From Bacteroidia bacterium (GTDB lineage: Bacteria > Bacteroidota > Bacteroidia > Cytophagales > Cyclobacteriaceae): DNA of 53,808 nucleotides. The notes under the pieces were generated by a model. The model ran no database searches and was not told the origin of the DNA. It saw only the letters and a program-made list of their open reading frames with translations. A program made the translations under genes and the position numbers. The stretch covers positions 1 to 53,808 of the forward strand of contig JANOQK010000322.1 of NCBI GenBank assembly GCA_031414855.1, in the 5' to 3' direction. This document shows positions 48,605-53,808 of the stretch, in pieces (position 1 is the first letter of the stretch; each line of letters opens with the position of its first letter).

Positions 48605-48629
48605 TTACTCAGGACTCAATACTTATACT
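48589..48629 (-). repeat. Right (inverted) heptamer array flanking the four-helix-bundle gene
   Basis: CTTAACT AAATACT AATTACT CAGGACT CAATACT TATACT; core units are exact or near reverse complements of the left units. Confidence 0.9.
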
Positions 48630-49805
48630 ATGGACGCATACATTGTAGCCGGATTTCGCACTGCTGTCGGAAAGGCAAAAAAAGGAGGCTTTCGTTTTAC
48701 AAGACCAGATGATCTTGCATCGGATGTAATCAAGCATTTGGTGAAATCCATTCCAGGATTAGAAAACAAAATGGTTGACGATCTTATTGTAGGTAATGCT
48801 GTTCCCGAAGCGGAGCAAGGTATGCAGATGGGACGGATGATCTCGTTGATGGCGTTAGGGCTTGACGCACCGGGAATGGTTATCAATCGCTACTGCGGAT
48901 CAGGCGTGGAGGCCATTGCTATTGCAAGTGCACGCATTCACGCGGGTCAGGCAGATGTGATTATTGCTGGTGGCACTGAATCCATGTCATTGGTTCCAAC
49001 GATGGGATTTAAAACGGCATTGAACTACACCATTGCTAAAGACAACCCAACGTATTACACCAGCATGGGTCTAACAGCTGAGGAAGTTTCGAAGCAATAT
49101 AAAATCACGCGTGAAGAACAAGATCAATTCTCGTATGAGTCGCACATGAAAGCGGCAGCAGCATGGAAAGCAGGAAAATTCAAAGACGAAGTTGTACCCA
49201 TCACCGTGAAGGAGGTGTATGTGGACGAGAACATGAAAAAGAAAACCCGCGAATACATTGTCGATAAAGATGAAGGTATCCGGATAGAGACTACAGTGGA
49301 AGGCTTGGCGAAATTGAAACCTGCGTTTGCGGTAGGAGGTTCCGTAACAGCAGGGAATTCATCACAGACTTCTGATGGTGCCGCCTTTGTAGCAGTAATG
49401 TCGGAGCGCATGGTAAAACAATTGAATTTAAAACCTATTGCTCGCATGATAAGTTATGCTGTTGCAGGCGTTGACCCGCGCATTATGGGCATCGGTCCGG
49501 TGGCAGCCATTCCAAAGGCATTAAAGATTGCGAATTTGAAATTACAGGACATTGATTTGTTTGAGTTGAATGAAGCGTTTGCTGCACAGTCATTGGCAGT
49601 AGTAAAAGAACTAGGGATTGACAGAGCCAAACTTAATCTCAATGGAGGAGCAATAGCCGTAGGTCACCCATTGGGCTCATCCGGTGCGCGTTTATCTGTT
49701 CAGCTTTTCAACGAATTGAGAAGACAAAAGAAAAAGTATGGAATGGTAACCGCGTGTGTGGGTGGCGGACAGGGTGTGGCAGGGGTTTATGAGTTATTAA
49801 ATTAG
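48630..49805 (+). CDS. fadA: Acetyl-CoA C-acyltransferase (thiolase)
   Basis: INRYCGSG, NEAFA, GHPLG and CVGGGQG motifs. Confidence 0.95.
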   Translation: MDAYIVAGFRTAVGKAKKGGFRFTRPDDLASDVIKHLVKSIPGLENKMVDDLIVGNAVPEAEQGMQMGRMISLMALGLDAPGMVINRYCGSGVEAIAIASARIHAGQADVIIAGGTESMSLVPTMGFKTALNYTIAKDNPTYYTSMGLTAEEVSKQYKITREEQDQFSYESHMKAAAAWKAGKFKDEVVPITVKEVYVDENMKKKTREYIVDKDEGIRIETTVEGLAKLKPAFAVGGSVTAGNSSQTSDGAAFVAVMSERMVKQLNLKPIARMISYAVAGVDPRIMGIGPVAAIPKALKIANLKLQDIDLFELNEAFAAQSLAVVKELGIDRAKLNLNGGAIAVGHPLGSSGARLSVQLFNELRRQKKKYGMVTACVGGGQGVAGVYELLN

Positions 49806-49892
49806 TAAACAGTAAGTAGTCATGAGTCTTGAGTCCTGAGACTTTTTTGACGGTGATTTTTTATCAGGACTAGTGACTCAATACTAAAGACT
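49804..49892. repeat. Gene-less inverted heptamer arrays between fadA and the acyl-CoA dehydrogenase gene
   Basis: AGTAAAC AGTAAGT AGTCATG AGTCTTG AGTCCTG ... CAGGACT AGTGACT CAATACT AAAGACT. Confidence 0.88.
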
Positions 49893-49899
49893 AAAAATT

Positions 49900-51702
49900 A
49901 TGGCAACAGCAGTAGAAACAAAAAACGCAATCAAAGGAGGAGAGTTCCTCATTCGCGAAACAGCAGCACATGAAATTTTTATTCCTGAAGAATGGAGTGA
50001 AGAACAAAAGATGATCGCACAAACGTGTCGCGATTTTGTAAAGCAGGAAGTACTTCCTAGGCTTGATGAGATTGATTCAATGAAAGATCCCAAGTTGATG
50101 CCTTCACTGTTGGATAAGGCAGGTGCGCTTGGATTATTGGGTACGTCCGTTCCGGAAAGTCTAGGAGGATTTGGAATGTCATTCAATACGACCATGCTGG
50201 TAGCAGAAGTGCTGGGTGGTTCGCATTCATTTGCCGTGGCGTATGGCGCACATACAGGTATAGGCACACTACCGATTTTATATTATGGTACCGATGAGCA
50301 AAAGAAAAAGTATGTTCCAAAATTGGCTACAGGCGAATGGAAGGCTTCTTACTGTTTAACAGAACCTGATTCCGGTTCGGATGCTAACAGTGGAAAAACA
50401 AAAGCAAAACTGACAGCTGATGGTAAGCATTATCTTATCACGGGTCAAAAAATGTGGATCACAAATGGTGGTTTTGCCGATGTAATGATTGTCTTTGCAA
50501 AAATTGATGCTGATAAAAACCTTACTGCTTTCATCGTGGAAAAATCCCATGGAGGAATTACCATGAATGAGGAAGAAAAGAAGATGGGTATCAAAGGATC
50601 CTCCACACGTCAGATATTTTTTAATGATTGCAAAGTGCCAGTCGAGAACATGTTGTCGGAACGTGAGAATGGATTTAAGATAGCGGTGAATGTATTGAAC
50701 ATTGGTCGTATTAAATTAGGATCGGGTGCTGTAGGAGGTTGCAAAGCCACCATTTCCACTGCCGTAAACTATGCAAAGGAGCGCAAGCAGTTTGGAACAT
50801 CAATTTCAAATTTTGGTGCGATCAAGCACAAAATTGCAGAAATGGCTACCAAAGTTTTTGCATCGGAGTCAGCCCACTATCGTGCGGGTCAGAATATTGA
50901 TGATGCTTATGATGCTTTGATAGCTGGCGGAATGGAGGCAGGAAAAGCCAGATTAAAATCGTTGGAAGAATATGCGATTGAATGTGCCATTCTAAAAGTG
51001 CATGGCTCTGAAGTGCTAGATTTTGTAGTAGATGAAGGTGTTCAGATTTATGGAGGTATGGGCTTCTCTGCAGAAGGCCCAATGGATCGTGCCTATCGCG
51101 ATGCTCGGATTAACCGAATCTTTGAAGGCACGAATGAGATCAACCGCTTATTGACAATTGATATGTTAATGAAGCGCGCCATGAAAGGGACGCTTGATTT
51201 GATGGGGCCAGCTATGGCGGTTCAGAAAGAATTGGTTTCCATACCAGATTTTGGTGCAGAGGATGACACAGCCCTTTTTGCAAAAGAAAAGAAAGCCTTA
51301 CGTAACCTGAAGAAAGCGGGATTGATGGCAGCGGGTGCTGCTGTTCAAAAATTTATGATGAAACTTTCTGACGAACAGGAAGTGCTGATGAGTCTTGCTG
51401 ATATGTTGATTGAAGGCTACGTAGCGGAATCAACTTTGCTGAGAGTAGAGAAGCTGATCAGCCTTCGCGGAGAAAAAGCCTGCGAAATTGAAAAAGAAAT
51501 GGCTATCATATATTTGCATAGCGCTATTCAAAAAGCTGCCGGTGCCGGAAGGGAAGCGATCAGTGCTTTCGCAGAAGGAGATGAATTAAGATTGATGATG
51601 TTGGGTCTGAAACGGTTTACCAAAATAGATCCTTACAACTTGAAAGAAGCCAGAAGGAAAGTGGCGGACTACGTGATTGCAAAAGGAGAATATCCTTTTT
51701 AG
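49900..51702 (+). CDS. fadE: Acyl-CoA dehydrogenase (FadE / ACAD9-like)
   Basis: YCLTEPDSGSD, KMWITNG, KMGIKGS, QIYGGMGF and RIFEGTNEINR motifs. Confidence 0.93.
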   Translation: MATAVETKNAIKGGEFLIRETAAHEIFIPEEWSEEQKMIAQTCRDFVKQEVLPRLDEIDSMKDPKLMPSLLDKAGALGLLGTSVPESLGGFGMSFNTTMLVAEVLGGSHSFAVAYGAHTGIGTLPILYYGTDEQKKKYVPKLATGEWKASYCLTEPDSGSDANSGKTKAKLTADGKHYLITGQKMWITNGGFADVMIVFAKIDADKNLTAFIVEKSHGGITMNEEEKKMGIKGSSTRQIFFNDCKVPVENMLSERENGFKIAVNVLNIGRIKLGSGAVGGCKATISTAVNYAKERKQFGTSISNFGAIKHKIAEMATKVFASESAHYRAGQNIDDAYDALIAGGMEAGKARLKSLEEYAIECAILKVHGSEVLDFVVDEGVQIYGGMGFSAEGPMDRAYRDARINRIFEGTNEINRLLTIDMLMKRAMKGTLDLMGPAMAVQKELVSIPDFGAEDDTALFAKEKKALRNLKKAGLMAAGAAVQKFMMKLSDEQEVLMSLADMLIEGYVAESTLLRVEKLISLRGEKACEIEKEMAIIYLHSAIQKAAGAGREAISAFAEGDELRLMMLGLKRFTKIDPYNLKEARRKVADYVIAKGEYPF

Positions 51703-51723
51703 CCAAATGACATAAGATATAAG

Positions 51724-51755
51724 AAGCCCGGGAGAGATTCCGGGTTTTTATTTTT
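51724..51755 (+). terminator. Intrinsic terminator of the fad operon
   Basis: AAGCCCGG-GAGAGATT-CCGGGTTTTT followed by a T-tract. Confidence 0.8.
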
Positions 51756-51861
51756 GGGCGTGCCCCGCTGCTCACATGCCATCGCTGGTCGCGCTATCCG
51801 CTACAAGTCCGCTCAACACACACCCAGCCCCTGGCGTGCTTTCCGCTTCTATCGCTCACGT
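51756..51861 (+). ncRNA. Flavo-1-like structured RNA / repeated element (degenerate)
   Basis: GC-rich island GGGCGTGCCCC...GGTCGCGCTATCCGCTACAAGTCC...GCTTTCCGCTTCTATCGCTCACG resembles my recollection of the Bacteroidota Flavo-1 motif. Confidence 0.6.
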
Positions 51862-51928
51862 ATTCGAAAGAAATGGAGTAGCACGCTTTTGGATTTAAGA
51901 TTCCAAGTAGAAAAATCTCTTTAAACAT

Positions 51929-51974
51929 TGTGCAACTCATTAGTTGCGCATATATTTGCAACCGAATGGTTTCA
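51929..51974 (+). promoter_or_regulatory. Two related operators flanking a -7 promoter element (likely ArsR autoregulation)
   Basis: TGTGCAACT-CATT-AGTTGCGCA, TATATTTG (51951-51958) and GCAACC-GAAT-GGTTTC. Confidence 0.7.
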
Positions 51975-51991
51975 TTAAAACCAACAACACT

Positions 51992-52312
51992 ATGCGCAGA
52001 GACATTTTTCAGGCCATTGCAGACCCTACCCGCAGGGCCATTATTTTATTAATTGCTGCGCAGGCCATGACGCCTAATGCCCTAGCCGAACACTTTGACA
52101 CAACACGACAAGCAGTATCGAAGCATCTGCGCATATTAACGGAGTGCCAATTGCTGAAGCAAGAGCAAACAGGTCGAGAAATATATTATCAACTGAACGC
52201 TACCAAGATGAAAGAAATCGACAAGTGGCTGGAACAATTCCGCAAGATTTGGGAAACCCGCTTTAACCAACTCGATAAGGTATTAGCTAAAATGAAAACC
52301 CCTAAGCAATGA
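51992..52312 (+). CDS. ArsR/SmtB family regulator
   Basis: [32 protein letters not shown]; start at ATG 51992. Confidence 0.93.
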   Translation: MRRDIFQAIADPTRRAIILLIAAQAMTPNALAEHFDTTRQAVSKHLRILTECQLLKQEQTGREIYYQLNATKMKEIDKWLEQFRKIWETRFNQLDKVLAKMKTPKQ

Positions 52313-53271
52313 ACCCTTTACTATTCGACTTTTCTGTAAACAAAAAAAACAATACCATTTCGGTGAAACGCGAATTTGCTGCCACTGTAGACATAGTGTG
52401 GGCAGCCTGGACACAACCTGAATTGCTGGATCAATGGTGGGCGCCTAAACCGTACCAAACGAAAACGAAGTCAATGGACTTCCGCGAAGGCGGATCTTGG
52501 TTATACTATATGCTGAGCCCTGAAGAGGAAAAGCACTGGTGCCGCGCAGATTATCAAAAGATAGAACCACTTAAAAGTTTTTCAGGACTGGATGCCTTTT
52601 GTGATGAACAGGGAAATATCAACAAAGAATTTCCACGGTCATTGTGGACGAATGTATTCAGTGAAACGAATCAAACGACTACCGTCAACATTACCATTGC
52701 GTATGAGCAACTTGAAGACCTCGAAAAAATAATTTCATTAGGATTCAAAGAAGGCTTTACTGCTGCGCTGGGTAATCTGGACCAATACCTGGAAGCTCAG
52801 TTCAAACTAAGAAACCAATTGAAGGCGACCCATGCCGCCCGAGTGTGTACGTATGTGAATTTTCCAGGTAATACAGAAGTCGCCTTTTTGTTTTATAAGA
52901 AAGTATTCCAATCTGAATTTAATGGGGCCATTCAGCGCTTCGGTGATTTGCCGCCCGATGCAAATCATCCTCCTGTTGCAGAGGCAGTAAAAAAAATGGT
53001 GCTCCATGTAGAGTTACCCATTCTCCTTAGCCACGTGCTGATGGGTACTGATGCCCCGAAAGAAATGGGCTTTACTGTGACGCAGGGGAACAACATGCAT
53101 ATTTCGCTGGAACCAGATTCTCGCGCGGAAGCAAAGCGAATTTTTGATGAGTTATCGGTAGGTGGCAACATCAGCATGCCATTGCAAGACATGTTTTGGG
53201 GCGCATACTTTGGAAGTTTTACTGATCAGTTTGGCATTAATTGGATGGTAAACTGTTTGGTGAAGCAATGA
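52309..53271 (+). CDS. SRPBCC (AHSA1-like) domain fused to a VOC/PhnB-like domain
   Basis: [22 protein letters not shown]-terminal domain; [31 protein letters not shown]-terminal domain. Confidence 0.88.
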   Translation: MNPLLFDFSVNKKNNTISVKREFAATVDIVWAAWTQPELLDQWWAPKPYQTKTKSMDFREGGSWLYYMLSPEEEKHWCRADYQKIEPLKSFSGLDAFCDEQGNINKEFPRSLWTNVFSETNQTTTVNITIAYEQLEDLEKIISLGFKEGFTAALGNLDQYLEAQFKLRNQLKATHAARVCTYVNFPGNTEVAFLFYKKVFQSEFNGAIQRFGDLPPDANHPPVAEAVKKMVLHVELPILLSHVLMGTDAPKEMGFTVTQGNNMHISLEPDSRAEAKRIFDELSVGGNISMPLQDMFWGAYFGSFTDQFGINWMVNCLVKQ

Positions 53272-53314
53272 ATGAAGTCGTAATTGATCGAGGAGAGAAT
53301 TAAACTTTAAAACA

Positions 53315-53808
53315 ATGAGAAAGTTAAAATTGCAAGTACAAATGTCTGTAGATGGATACATCGCGGGTGTCAATGGCGAAATGGATTGGATGATGTGGAA
53401 TTGGGGCGATGACATTAATAACTACGTAAAAGATTTAACCGAGCCGGTGGACACTATTCTTTTGGGCAGAAAATTAGCAGAAGGATTTATCCCTCATTGG
53501 GCGGCAGCTTATGACGTACCAGAAACACGTGAGGACTCCCGAAAAATGGTAGAGACACCGAAAGTGGTTTTTACAAAGACGCTCAGTAAGTCAGAATGGG
53601 AACGAACAATTCTAGCCGCTGGAAATCTTGAAGAAGAGGTGCGTTCTCTAAAAATGAAGCATGGTGGAGACATGATCGTGTATGGAGGTGGCTCATTTGT
53701 TTCGGCTTTAATCAGTAAAGGATTGATAGACGACTATCATCTCTTTATCAACCCAACATTGCTGGGTGCGGGCATGCCTATCTTTCAATCGCTCACCCAA
53801 ATGCAATC
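53315..53808 (+). CDS. Dihydrofolate reductase-like (RibD C-terminal) protein, partial
   Basis: Own translation: MRKLKLQVQMSVDGYIAG..ILLGRK..VYGGGSFV..LIDDYHLFINPTLLGAGMPIF; runs off the window end. Confidence 0.9.
   Translation, partial: MRKLKLQVQMSVDGYIAGVNGEMDWMMWNWGDDINNYVKDLTEPVDTILLGRKLAEGFIPHWAAAYDVPETREDSRKMVETPKVVFTKTLSKSEWERTILAAGNLEEEVRSLKMKHGGDMIVYGGGSFVSALISKGLIDDYHLFINPTLLGAGMPIFQSLTQMQ

Noticed and set aside
48204-49892. Heptamer arrays as a CRISPR array or DGR
   Set aside because: Units are 7 nt with no spacers; no cas gene, reverse transcriptase or template/variable repeat pair in the window
49884-50267. 127-aa antisense ORF and the other short overlapping ORFs of the track
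   Set aside because: Shadows of strongly supported genes, with no recognisable motifs

Overview
Chromosomal window from a Bacteroidota bacterium, most likely Cytophagales (gldJ, TAnnTTTG promoter elements, CusA-TolC fusion, DUF3857/DUF4175 genes). It is mostly housekeeping: radA, mfd, gldJ, comF, ybeY, mnmG, mqo, a heavy-metal RND pump and a marR-fadN-fadA-fadE beta-oxidation operon. It very likely contains the replication origin: two parS sites lie before mnmG and a DnaA-box/DnaA-trio unwinding module sits at 33883-33917. Accessory or decayed parts are a DUF433/PIN toxin-antitoxin pair, a WYL remnant, a HATPase remnant, a radical SAM gene with a premature stop and a Flavo-1-like element. The most unusual signal is a family of short-period (7- or 8-nt) inverted repeat arrays. 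One pair brackets a four-helix-bundle (IVS-protein-like) gene inside the fad operon and can fold it into an IVS-like hairpin. Gene-less versions occupy the other operon junctions and 192-260, and a one-orientation heptamer array carrying a 21-nt palindrome is read in frame inside a methyltransferase gene. No tRNA, rRNA, CRISPR array or transposase was recognised. Family assignments come from motif recognition, not database searches.
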